A DNA stretch of 62,922 nucleotides. Origin: a virus (lineage: Duplodnaviria > Caudoviricetes). Location of the stretch: the IMG/VR virus record IMGVR_UViG_3300042562_002309, positions 1-62,922 of that record. One strand, written 5' to 3'. This document shows, in pieces, positions 19,085 to 28,159 of this stretch. The position numbers were made by a program, and so were the translations under genes. Within the stretch, counting starts at the first letter, position 1; each line of letters opens with the position of its first letter. A model generated the notes under the pieces. It was not told where the DNA came from. It did no database searches and was given only the letters and a program-made list of their open reading frames with translations.

Positions 19085-19116
19085 AAGAGAGAGTTTTAAA
19101 CTCTCTCTTTTTTTTT
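19085..19116 (+). terminator. intrinsic terminator
   Basis: AAGAGAGAG-loop-CTCTCTCTT followed by T run. Confidence 0.65.
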
Positions 19117-19144
19117 CTATATAACTAAAAACACAAAAATATTA

Positions 19145-20065
19145 ATGAATTTAGATTCTAGAATCTTCGTTGCAGGACACAACGGAATGGTTGGTTCGTC
19201 CATAGTAAGAAAGCTTGTGCAGCTTGGATACACAAACATAATAACAATGTCTAGAAGCAATCTGAATCTTCTCGACCAGTCAGAAGTAGATAATTTCTTC
19301 AGAAAGATAGGACCTGAATACGTCTTTCTTGCTGCTGCAAAAGTTGGTGGAATCAAGGCCAACCTAGAAATGAAGGCGGACTTCATATACGAAAACATCA
19401 TGATACAGACAAACATCATCAAGTCTTCGTATTCGTACGGTGTGAATAAGCTACTTTTCTTAGGAAGCTCTTGTATCTATCCAAAGATGTGCGAACAACC
19501 TATTAAAGAAGAGTATCTTATGACTGGTGAGTTGGAAATAACAAACGATGCTTATGCTATTGCCAAAATAGCTGGAATCAAAATGTGCCAAAGCTACAAC
19601 GAGCAATATGGAACGAATTTCATCTCGGCCATGCCAACAAATCTATACGGGCCTAACGACAACTATGACCTAAACAACTCTCACGTACTTCCTGCGATGA
19701 TTAGAAAGTTTCATGAAGCAAAGTTAGAGGGAAAGGAATCCGTAGAGATATGGGGTACCGGAACGCCTAAGAGAGAGTTTCTCTACGTAGATGACTTGGC
19801 GGATGCTTGCGTGTTTTTGATGGACAACTATTCTGGTAACGAAATCGTAAATATTGGGACCGGACAGGACGTTACTATAGCAGATCTCGCTGTAGTTATA
19901 TCAAAAATAGTTGGATACGAAGGCAACATTCACTACAATACAGGTATGCCTGATGGAACACCCAGAAAATTATTAGATGTCTCTAAGTTAGAGAATATTG
20001 GTTGGAAGTATAGTACTTCATTAATGGATGGGATAGAAAAAACTTATAAAGATTATGTCAAATAA
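19145..20065 (+). CDS. fcl: GDP-L-fucose synthase
   Basis: AGHNGMVGS, LAAAKVGGI, LGSSCIYPK, YAIAKIAG, PTNLYGPNDN, WGTGTPKREFL. Confidence 0.96.
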   Translation: MNLDSRIFVAGHNGMVGSSIVRKLVQLGYTNIITMSRSNLNLLDQSEVDNFFRKIGPEYVFLAAAKVGGIKANLEMKADFIYENIMIQTNIIKSSYSYGVNKLLFLGSSCIYPKMCEQPIKEEYLMTGELEITNDAYAIAKIAGIKMCQSYNEQYGTNFISAMPTNLYGPNDNYDLNNSHVLPAMIRKFHEAKLEGKESVEIWGTGTPKREFLYVDDLADACVFLMDNYSGNEIVNIGTGQDVTIADLAVVISKIVGYEGNIHYNTGMPDGTPRKLLDVSKLENIGWKYSTSLMDGIEKTYKDYVK

Positions 20066-21095
20066 AAAAGCGTTAGTAACCGGAATAACAGGACAATCAG
20101 GGAGCCATCTAGCCGAGCTACTTTTAGAAAAAGGATACGAAGTACATGGAGTTATTAGAAGATCGTCTTCTTTCAATACGGGAAGAATAGATCACATCTT
20201 CGATAGATTAAATCTACATCATGGAGATGTAACAGATCCATTGGTAATTTCGAACCTAATATCAAAGATACAACCGGACGAGGTATATAACCTTGCTGCC
20301 CAATCACATGTAAAAGTTTCCTTTGAAGAACCTTACTATACCGGACAGGTGGATGCGATGGGAACACTCGTTATATTAGAGGCAGTTAAAAATCATTGTC
20401 CTAGTGCAAAAGTATATCAAGCATCTACATCGGAGCTTTATGGAGGTATGAGTTATAATATGCCTATAACAGGATATACAGAGACTTCTATTATGCATCC
20501 AAGAAGTCCTTATGGATGTGCAAAGATGTACGGCCTTTGGATAACGAAGAACTACAGAGAGTCTTATGTAATGTTTATCTGTAACGGTATACTTTTCAAT
20601 CACGAAGGAGAACGTAGAGGAGAAACTTTTGTAACTAGAAAGATAACAATAGGCCTTTCTAAGATAAAAAAATCATTGCTCGACAAAACAGAATTTGAAC
20701 CTTTAAAATTAGGCAATCTTTATTCTAAAAGAGATTGGGGATATGCCAAAGACTATGTAGAGGGAATGTGGAGAATGCTGCAACATGATACACCAGATGA
20801 TTATGTTCTTGCAACAAACGAAACACATAGTATTAAAGAATTTGTTGATTTGGCCATAGAACAATGTGGTGTGGATGCAGAATGGATCGGTGAAGGTATT
20901 GATGAAAAACTGGTAACCAAATCTGGTAGAAAAGTAATCGTTGAGATAGATAGTAAGTACTACAGACCCGCAGAAGTCGATACTTTATTAGGTGACTACT
21001 CTAAAGCCAAAGAAGTTTTGGGTTGGGAACCACAGGTAAAATTTGATAGCCTGGTTAAAATCATGATTAATCATGATTTAGAAAAATTAAATTAA
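20055..21095 (+). CDS. gmd: GDP-mannose 4,6-dehydratase
   Basis: TGITGQ.GS.LAE, LAAQSHVKVSF, YQASTSELYG, PRSPYG.AK, FNHE..RRGETFVTRKIT, RDWGYAKDYV. Confidence 0.97.
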   Translation: MSNKKALVTGITGQSGSHLAELLLEKGYEVHGVIRRSSSFNTGRIDHIFDRLNLHHGDVTDPLVISNLISKIQPDEVYNLAAQSHVKVSFEEPYYTGQVDAMGTLVILEAVKNHCPSAKVYQASTSELYGGMSYNMPITGYTETSIMHPRSPYGCAKMYGLWITKNYRESYVMFICNGILFNHEGERRGETFVTRKITIGLSKIKKSLLDKTEFEPLKLGNLYSKRDWGYAKDYVEGMWRMLQHDTPDDYVLATNETHSIKEFVDLAIEQCGVDAEWIGEGIDEKLVTKSGRKVIVEIDSKYYRPAEVDTLLGDYSKAKEVLGWEPQVKFDSLVKIMINHDLEKLN

Positions 21096-21171
21096 AAGAT
21101 GATACACAGAAAATCGGAAATCTTTCAACCTCTTTGTTCTATGAAAAATCTAGAAAAATCAAATAAAGTTT

Positions 21172-21876
21172 ATGATACATATTCTATGGGCAACAATTCG
21201 CCCTCAACAATTTAAAGAAATGCACTCTGAATGGATTAAACGAGCAGATAATCCATCAAATATACAAACCTACGTTGCGGTTAATTGGGAACAACACGCT
21301 ACAGAATTAAAAGATTATTTAAAAAATAACTTTTTAATTACATTAAATACAAATAAGATTGGTGTTTGTTATCCATCCTATCAATTATCTTCTAACTTAG
21401 GTATTAAGATGGGTAAATGTGAAGATAGCGATATTGTTATTTTTGCAAGTGATGATTTTATGGCTCCACAAGGATGGGACACATATCTTAATAATAAACT
21501 AGAAGGTAAAGGTGATGTTGGTTTAATGTGTCTTGATGGTTATCAGTTACCAGATTCTTCCAACATGTTGCACCCCGTTATCACTATTCCTATAATGACT
21601 TATGGTTGTTTAAGAAAAATGAATGGGGTTATCTACCATCCTGCTTACAACCATATGTTCAGTGATGCCGAGTTATATAACAATCTAAAAGATTTAAACC
21701 TACTTTACGATGATAGGTTGAACGATGAGACAATGTTTGAACATTTACACTATGCTGCTGGTAAAAGAGTTGCAGACCAAGCGGATCAAGCATATAATAC
21801 TAAATGGGCTGAAGATGATTTAACTTGGCAAAAAAGACAGACTATGTCTGTGGAAAAAAGATTACTTATTGATTAA
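21172..21876 (+). CDS. GT2-like (GT-A fold) glycosyltransferase
   Basis: ASDD motif, YHPAY.HMFSD.EL, FEHLHY. Confidence 0.65.
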   Translation: MIHILWATIRPQQFKEMHSEWIKRADNPSNIQTYVAVNWEQHATELKDYLKNNFLITLNTNKIGVCYPSYQLSSNLGIKMGKCEDSDIVIFASDDFMAPQGWDTYLNNKLEGKGDVGLMCLDGYQLPDSSNMLHPVITIPIMTYGCLRKMNGVIYHPAYNHMFSDAELYNNLKDLNLLYDDRLNDETMFEHLHYAAGKRVADQADQAYNTKWAEDDLTWQKRQTMSVEKRLLID

Positions 21877-21878
21877 AA

Positions 21879-22601
21879 ATGAAAGTATTCACCACTATAA
21901 ACCCATATGGTAACTTTGATGCGCAAAGAGAAGCAATTCTTTCTTGGTGTGTAGAATATGATGTCTATTCTGTTAATAGTGAAGAAGAAATAAAAATTGC
22001 AAAGGATCTTTACCCAGAAGTAACATTCATACAGACCGAAAATACTTATAAGATTGGTAAGAAGACTTTAATAAAACTAGATGCTATATTAGATGCCATA
22101 AAATCAGTGGATACTATACAATGCGCAATAGTAAATTCCGATATAATACTCGGTCAAAAAATAAATAAAAATAAAAAGCTTGGCGATTCTCTTATAATCG
22201 CCACACGATGGGAATTAGGTGATGTTCCTTCATATCCTTTTACTGATGGATATGACCTTTTTATTTTTGATAAGAGAAACATAGATTTATTCTATAACAA
22301 AAACTATGTCATAGGAATGCCTTGGTGGGATTTTTGGATTCCAATAGTCGCCAATCGTGCAGGTATAACTATTCATCACATAAAGAATAATGTCATACGA
22401 CACAGAACACATAAGACTAACTATGATCAAAAAACATGGCATTTGTTTGCAATACTTTTCTATCATGACATAAAACGACTTGGTGGTCTTTGGAGGATAG
22501 ATGAATCTATTCTGAACAATCCAGATTTGGAAGACGGTACATTTTGTACTCAAATTAAAAAATTCATAGAATCAAAACAAATAAACATAAAATCAAAATG
22601 A
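21879..22601 (+). CDS. putative GT-A fold glycosyltransferase
   Basis: IVNSDI, GYDLFIF, IGMPWWDFWIP; glycan locus context. Confidence 0.5.
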   Translation: MKVFTTINPYGNFDAQREAILSWCVEYDVYSVNSEEEIKIAKDLYPEVTFIQTENTYKIGKKTLIKLDAILDAIKSVDTIQCAIVNSDIILGQKINKNKKLGDSLIIATRWELGDVPSYPFTDGYDLFIFDKRNIDLFYNKNYVIGMPWWDFWIPIVANRAGITIHHIKNNVIRHRTHKTNYDQKTWHLFAILFYHDIKRLGGLWRIDESILNNPDLEDGTFCTQIKKFIESKQINIKSK

Positions 22602-23422
22602 AAAAAAAAATAAAGATAGATTTTAGTGATTGGTGGGGTGGCTTTGATAAAACAGATAACTACTTCTACAATCTTCTCAAAGAAGAATTTGAAGTAGAGA
22701 TTTCGAATAACCCTGATTTTCTTTTCTTCTCTTTGTTTGGTCAAAACCATCAAAGATATAATTGTAAAAAGATATTCTATACCGGTGAGAATATAGCACC
22801 ACCATTGGATTATTGTGATTATTCTTTTTCCTTCGAACCAACCTTAGATAGAAATTATAGGCTACCACATTATCTTTTATATGATGGATATTACGAATTG
22901 GCTTTAGAAAAAAAGATTGATGAATCTTTATCCAAACGAAAGTTTTGTAATTTTATTGTTTCTAATGGTGCTTGCCAAGAAAGAAATAACTTCTTTAACA
23001 AACTATCGAAGTATAAAAAAGTTGATTCGGGTGGTAGATTTGCAAACAACATAGGGTATTCGGTTACTGATAAAAGAAAGTTCCAATCCGAATACAAGTT
23101 TTCTATTACTTTTGAAAATAACGCATACAGACCGGGTTATGATTGGTATATTACAGAGAAGCCATTTGAGGCCATGTGTTCAAGCTCGATACCAATCTAT
23201 AATGGCGGAGTAAAAATAAGCGAGGATTTTAATACTAAGTCTTTTGTGAACATACATAATTTTCTTTCGGAAAAAGACGCGATAGAATATATTATAGAAT
23301 TGGATAAGAATGATGATAAATATATGGAAGTTTTAAGACAACCATGGTTTAATAACAACCAAATACCGGATAATAATAAAACAGAAAATATAAAGTCCTT
23401 TTTATATAATATTTTTGAATAA
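22598..23422 (+). CDS. GT10 alpha-1,3/4-fucosyltransferase-like protein
   Basis: FYTGEN, KFCNFIVSN, VDSGG...NNIG, YKFSITFEN...YITEK..A...IPIY.G. Confidence 0.85.
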   Translation: MKKKIKIDFSDWWGGFDKTDNYFYNLLKEEFEVEISNNPDFLFFSLFGQNHQRYNCKKIFYTGENIAPPLDYCDYSFSFEPTLDRNYRLPHYLLYDGYYELALEKKIDESLSKRKFCNFIVSNGACQERNNFFNKLSKYKKVDSGGRFANNIGYSVTDKRKFQSEYKFSITFENNAYRPGYDWYITEKPFEAMCSSSIPIYNGGVKISEDFNTKSFVNIHNFLSEKDAIEYIIELDKNDDKYMEVLRQPWFNNNQIPDNNKTENIKSFLYNIFE

Positions 23423-23512
23423 AAAAGAATTTGAAAGTTGATTACTTTAATAAATGTTTAAAACAAACATGCGGTCAAAACATATAATATAATATTAATT
23501 AAAATTTTAAAT

Positions 23513-24226
23513 ATGAAGAAATACCATATAAACTATTCGAATGGTAGATATATAAAAGCGCAGGAAATTTGTAGTAAGACTGCGAAATCTGCAGGATTCG
23601 ATGAGGTGATATCATATTCAATCGATAAAATCGACAAAGATTTCTATGAAAAGAATAAACATATACTTAATCAACCCAGAGGTGCTGGGTATTGGTTATG
23701 GAAGCCATATTTCATAAACAAAACACTTGAAAGTATAAATGACGGTGATTTATTGGTATACTCTGATTCAGGATCTTATTATGAGAAATCGGTAAATACA
23801 TTAATCGATTTGATTCAAAAAGAAGAAAGTGGTGTTCTTTCATTCGAACTACATGGTTTAATTGAAAAAGCTTATACGAAAAAGGACACTTTTGTTTTGA
23901 TGGGTTTGGATAGTGAAAAATATACAGACACATCTCAAAGAGAAGCTACCTATATATGGCTTATAAAAAATGACTTTACGGTATCTTTAATAAAAGAATA
24001 TTTGGAGTATGCACAGGATGAACGAATCATAACAGATTTGTATTGTGATGGTAACTATGATGATTTTAAAGACCACCGACATGATCAATCAATCTGGTCT
24101 TTACTTTGTAAGAAGTATGATATACCACCACATAAACTAATCTCACAATGGGGAGATGGTATGAAATCAAATTTTCCTAAAGATACTTACGAAAGAATAG
24201 TAATGCACCACAGAAATCCAATGTAA
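23513..24226 (+). CDS. putative glycosyltransferase-like protein
   Basis: RGAGYWLWKPY, LVYSDSG, HRHDQSIWSLL. Confidence 0.55.
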   Translation: MKKYHINYSNGRYIKAQEICSKTAKSAGFDEVISYSIDKIDKDFYEKNKHILNQPRGAGYWLWKPYFINKTLESINDGDLLVYSDSGSYYEKSVNTLIDLIQKEESGVLSFELHGLIEKAYTKKDTFVLMGLDSEKYTDTSQREATYIWLIKNDFTVSLIKEYLEYAQDERIITDLYCDGNYDDFKDHRHDQSIWSLLCKKYDIPPHKLISQWGDGMKSNFPKDTYERIVMHHRNPM

Positions 24227-24232
24227 ATAAAA

Positions 24233-25702
24233 ATGAAGTTATATACAATATACACCGAATCTCATAAGGGCATGTATGAGAATTATTTTTTAAAAACAAT
24301 CTCTGATGAGTTTGAAATAATACCAAGCGAAATACCACAGGAGTGTCCTACTGGTGAATTTTACGAAAATGGTTGGGATAAAACATGTTACAGAAAAACA
24401 GAGTTATACTTAAAGGCATGTGAAGAAAACATAGGAGAAACATTTATTTTCTCTGATGTCGATATTCAATTTTTTGGAAAAATAAAAGATGTTCTACTAG
24501 AAGAACTCGGAGATTTTGATATTGCGTGTCAAAACGATACTGGAAATTATTATTGTTCTGGATTCTTTATATGTAAATCAAACGAAAGAACACTTAACAT
24601 GTTTAGAGAGATGTTAAAAAACTATCAAAAAGATGATCAAACCACTCTGAATAACCACATACATATGGTCAACTCAAAGTTTCTTTCTAACAAATTCTTT
24701 ACTATTGGCCATACACTTAATGCGGTTTGGGCAGGACAGGAATTTAGTATAAACCATGAAATACTTGTTCATCATTCAAACTGGGTTGTCGGTATAGACA
24801 AAAAAATAAAACTAATGGATATTGTAAGAGAAAAGAACAACGATAGAATATCCAATATACAGAGTATGATTGACCAACATTTTTCGAATTGGAGACCCAC
24901 TCCGGAATATGATACATACCCACCCTATCATGAGGGATTATATTTAGAAGATAGATTTTATGAACTATATAAAGAACAAAATATAACATCAAATCGATTT
25001 TACATACCTGTTTTCTGGACTACATGTTATTGTGAAAACAAAATACAGGGTCTACAACATGCAATCAATTGTCTAAACCCTGCCATGAAGTATTTTACAG
25101 TCGCACAGCACGACGATGCGATAAGAGAGAAACTACCAAAGGACACGATATGTTTTAATGCTGGTGGAAACGGAGGCGGTATACCAATTCCACTTATATG
25201 TTCATCTATAAACGATAGCAAAAAGCCTAAATTCAAAAATAGAGACATCTTCTGCTCATTTATCGGATCTTTGACACATTCGATAAGAATGAAAATGTAT
25301 AATATACTGAATAACAATCCTAAATACTATCTTAAAGTAGGACAATGGACCTCATCGGTCAGTGATGATAACTTACAAGAATTTTTAGACGTTACATCGA
25401 GAAGTACTTTCGCTCTTTGTCCAAGAGGATATGGTCGGTCATCCTTTAGACTTTATGAAGTTATGCAATTGGGTACCATACCTGTATTTATATACGATGA
25501 TAAATGGCTACCATTTGAGGATGAAATAGACTGGAACGAATTCTCAGTATTGGTGCAATCTACAGAATTGGATAATATAGATAAGATTCTATCTTCCTAT
25601 TCGGAAGATAGAATAGAACAAATGCGCAATAACCTAACTAAATATTGGGAAGAAAATTTTACGATGGAATCGGTGTTTGAAAAAATAATAAAAAGAATAT
25701 AA
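24233..25702 (+). CDS. two-domain glycosyltransferase: nucleotide-diphospho-sugar transferase + exostosin (GT47)-like
   Basis: N-half FSDVDI, CSGFF, DDQ..LN, HH.NW; C-half F.GS.TH..R, S.FALCPRGYG.SSFRLYE...G.IPV, LPF...IDW. Confidence 0.8.
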   Translation: MKLYTIYTESHKGMYENYFLKTISDEFEIIPSEIPQECPTGEFYENGWDKTCYRKTELYLKACEENIGETFIFSDVDIQFFGKIKDVLLEELGDFDIACQNDTGNYYCSGFFICKSNERTLNMFREMLKNYQKDDQTTLNNHIHMVNSKFLSNKFFTIGHTLNAVWAGQEFSINHEILVHHSNWVVGIDKKIKLMDIVREKNNDRISNIQSMIDQHFSNWRPTPEYDTYPPYHEGLYLEDRFYELYKEQNITSNRFYIPVFWTTCYCENKIQGLQHAINCLNPAMKYFTVAQHDDAIREKLPKDTICFNAGGNGGGIPIPLICSSINDSKKPKFKNRDIFCSFIGSLTHSIRMKMYNILNNNPKYYLKVGQWTSSVSDDNLQEFLDVTSRSTFALCPRGYGRSSFRLYEVMQLGTIPVFIYDDKWLPFEDEIDWNEFSVLVQSTELDNIDKILSSYSEDRIEQMRNNLTKYWEENFTMESVFEKIIKRI

Positions 25703-25736
25703 TCTTCATAGATGCATTTTAAAAAATAATTTAAAA

Positions 25737-26537
25737 ATGACAAATAAGTTAATATTGGAACCGGTCAATGGACTGATGAATAGATTTAGAAGTATTGCTT
25801 CTGCAAAGATATTGTCCGAATTCACAAACAGAGAATTCCTACTTAATTGGGTACCTGAATATGTTTGTAACGTGAACATATCCGATTTGGTTGAAGATGG
25901 ATTTTTTAACATAGGATATAACGTAAATAGACATAGTTGCTACTATCACAGTGGTCCTGAGAAAGGATCGGAACAACCATTCGTTGGTGAGATGATTTCA
26001 ACGGATAGAGAAATAGTATATTTGCTCGCGGGCGGGAACTTCATTCCAACCGGAATGGGAATGATGGAATTCAACAACAAAAAAAGTGATTTCTATAGGT
26101 CGATACCATTTGTAGAAAGAATACGAAATGAATATGGTGATTTTTTTTCCAAAAACAATGACTATATAGGAATTCATCTGAGATATACCGATAGGATAGA
26201 GTATTCACCAACTATAGAGTATGTCGAAAGCATCATATCCGATAATGAAACGAGTATATTCATCTGCTCTGATGATAGAAATGTTTTAAACAATCTAAAG
26301 TCTAAATTCGGAGATAGAATACTGACATACGACACAACTAGTCTAAACAGAGCAAGTATCGATGGTAGTCAACAGGCTATTATAGAATGGTTAATATTGG
26401 CGAATAGTAAAAAAATATATTATTCTGCAGGCTCATCATATTCTTATGAGGCATGTTTTGTCAATAAACTAGATAATTCGATTGAACTGAATTCTCGGAA
26501 CAAAGTTGACGATTTTAAAATAGATTTAAAATTCTAA
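25737..26537 (+). CDS. fucosyltransferase-like GT-B protein (GT11/GT23/POFUT-like)
   Basis: GL.NR..S..SA, IGIHLRYTD, IFICSDD, A..EW.IL, SSYS. Confidence 0.7.
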   Translation: MTNKLILEPVNGLMNRFRSIASAKILSEFTNREFLLNWVPEYVCNVNISDLVEDGFFNIGYNVNRHSCYYHSGPEKGSEQPFVGEMISTDREIVYLLAGGNFIPTGMGMMEFNNKKSDFYRSIPFVERIRNEYGDFFSKNNDYIGIHLRYTDRIEYSPTIEYVESIISDNETSIFICSDDRNVLNNLKSKFGDRILTYDTTSLNRASIDGSQQAIIEWLILANSKKIYYSAGSSYSYEACFVNKLDNSIELNSRNKVDDFKIDLKF

Positions 26538-26560
26538 AAAAATAAAATATATAAAATAAT

Positions 26561-27181
26561 ATGGAAATTAAATATTTATGTGATAAGTACAAATTTATAC
26601 CAACTGGGATAATTCACATTGGTGCACATTTGATGGAAGAGAGAGAAAGCTACCTAAAAATGGGTATAGACAATATAATATGGATAGAGGCAAACCCGAT
26701 GTTGTTTGAAACCATTAAAAATAAAAATACCTCTTCAAAAGAATTTTTTTTCAACTATGCCATATCCGATAAGGACAACGAAATATGTGAGTTCAATATT
26801 ACCAACAACGGACAATCATCTTCGATACTCGAATTGGACAAACATAAAATATATCATCCAGAGATACATGTAACGGAAACTATAAGAGTGGAATCCAAAA
26901 CAATAGACTCTCTATTAGAATCCAATAAAATAGATGCATCAGACTATAACTTTTTGGCAATCGACATACAAGGCGCTGAATACTTAGCATTCTTAGGTGC
27001 AAATAAAACACTCGAAAAAATAGAATATATATATTCCGAAGTCAATGAAGGAACTCTATACAAAGATTGTGGTTTAATTTCGGATATAGATTTACTATTA
27101 TCAAAATATGGATTTAAAAGAGTGGAGACTGATATGTCTCCCTGGGAATGGGGTGACGCACTTTATATAAAAAGTAAATAA
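26561..27181 (+). CDS. FkbM family methyltransferase
   Basis: IHIGAH..EE, WIEANP, NNGQSSSIL, IDIQGAE, YSEV...LY, WGDALY. Confidence 0.9.
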   Translation: MEIKYLCDKYKFIPTGIIHIGAHLMEERESYLKMGIDNIIWIEANPMLFETIKNKNTSSKEFFFNYAISDKDNEICEFNITNNGQSSSILELDKHKIYHPEIHVTETIRVESKTIDSLLESNKIDASDYNFLAIDIQGAEYLAFLGANKTLEKIEYIYSEVNEGTLYKDCGLISDIDLLLSKYGFKRVETDMSPWEWGDALYIKSK

Positions 27182-27455
27182 AAACTAATAGGGTTACCCA
27201 TTTACCCATTTAATGGGGTAAAAGAATTTTCCAATCAAAAGGTCGGGAGTTTTATACTATGGAAGATTGTTTTGTTCACATGAAATCATTAATGTAGAAG
27301 ACGAGTTTCTAAAAATACTCTCCAACGAGCTGGTCAATTCCATAGATGTTGAAATAATCAACAATATTAAAAATATGGCTTCTTCAAAGTTTTGGAAGAA
27401 CTAGCGGAAAATAAAGAAGAGGAATGAAAATACTCTATCGATAAAATTTATAAAA

Positions 27456-28070
27456 CTAAAGACGTTGAATAATCTGAGGTAGTGCACCAAGTTCCAAAAC
27501 TTTACTTTTGTCCAATAGAAACTCTATATCATAGAAGTTAAAGTGGAATACCATAGTAAAGTCTTTGGATGCTATCTTTTGTTGAGAATAGTTGAAAGTA
27601 TTGTCCGATAAAGACTTTAGTATTATCTCATAAAATTTTATCACATATAAAGCATCTCGGTGTATATCTACACATGTTATAGTAAATGGGTTTAAGAATG
27701 CATCTTCAACATCCATATAATGCTTGTTCAATACATCAAACATAAGCCAATAGTTTAAATCCGCATCTACCGATCTAAAAGTAATCGTCAACTCATGTGT
27801 AGTTGTTATGTCCTGAATATTCTTAGATGGCTTAAACTTACGTTCTTTACCTCTCATCATTATTTGTTTTGGCATATCAAAAGATATTCCAGGAAAGTTA
27901 ACAGACTTTATCGTAGAGTTTAAATAATCTATAACATTCTCATACTGGACCCAATTCTTTTCTAAGATTGGTTGATATGTATTTATAGTTTCAGGCTTTA
28001 AAAAATCTTGCGGTAAATTAAAAATAAATTGGGAGGACTGTGAGCTAAGACGGATGGCTAATGTGACTAT
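27456..28070 (-). CDS. T4 gp3-like tail tube terminator/tail completion protein; frame extends about 60-65 codons upstream of the first ATG (27875) to ATA 28070 or ATC 28055
   Basis: stop-free frame IRLSSQSSQFIFNLP...IKSVNFPGISFD-MPKQ...ELTITFRSVDADLNYW; late-type element upstream. Confidence 0.6.
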   Translation of the reverse strand: MVTLAIRLSSQSSQFIFNLPQDFLKPETINTYQPILEKNWVQYENVIDYLNSTIKSVNFPGISFDMPKQIMMRGKERKFKPSKNIQDITTTHELTITFRSVDADLNYWLMFDVLNKHYMDVEDAFLNPFTITCVDIHRDALYVIKFYEIILKSLSDNTFNYSQQKIASKDFTMVFHFNFYDIEFLLDKSKVLELGALPQIIQRL

Positions 28071-28159
28071 TTTTTATTTACAAATTGTAATTTTTCATCT
28101 AAAATTTCTGATATTAGTATATATTTAATTTAATCTCTCTCTAATATTTTTAAACAATC

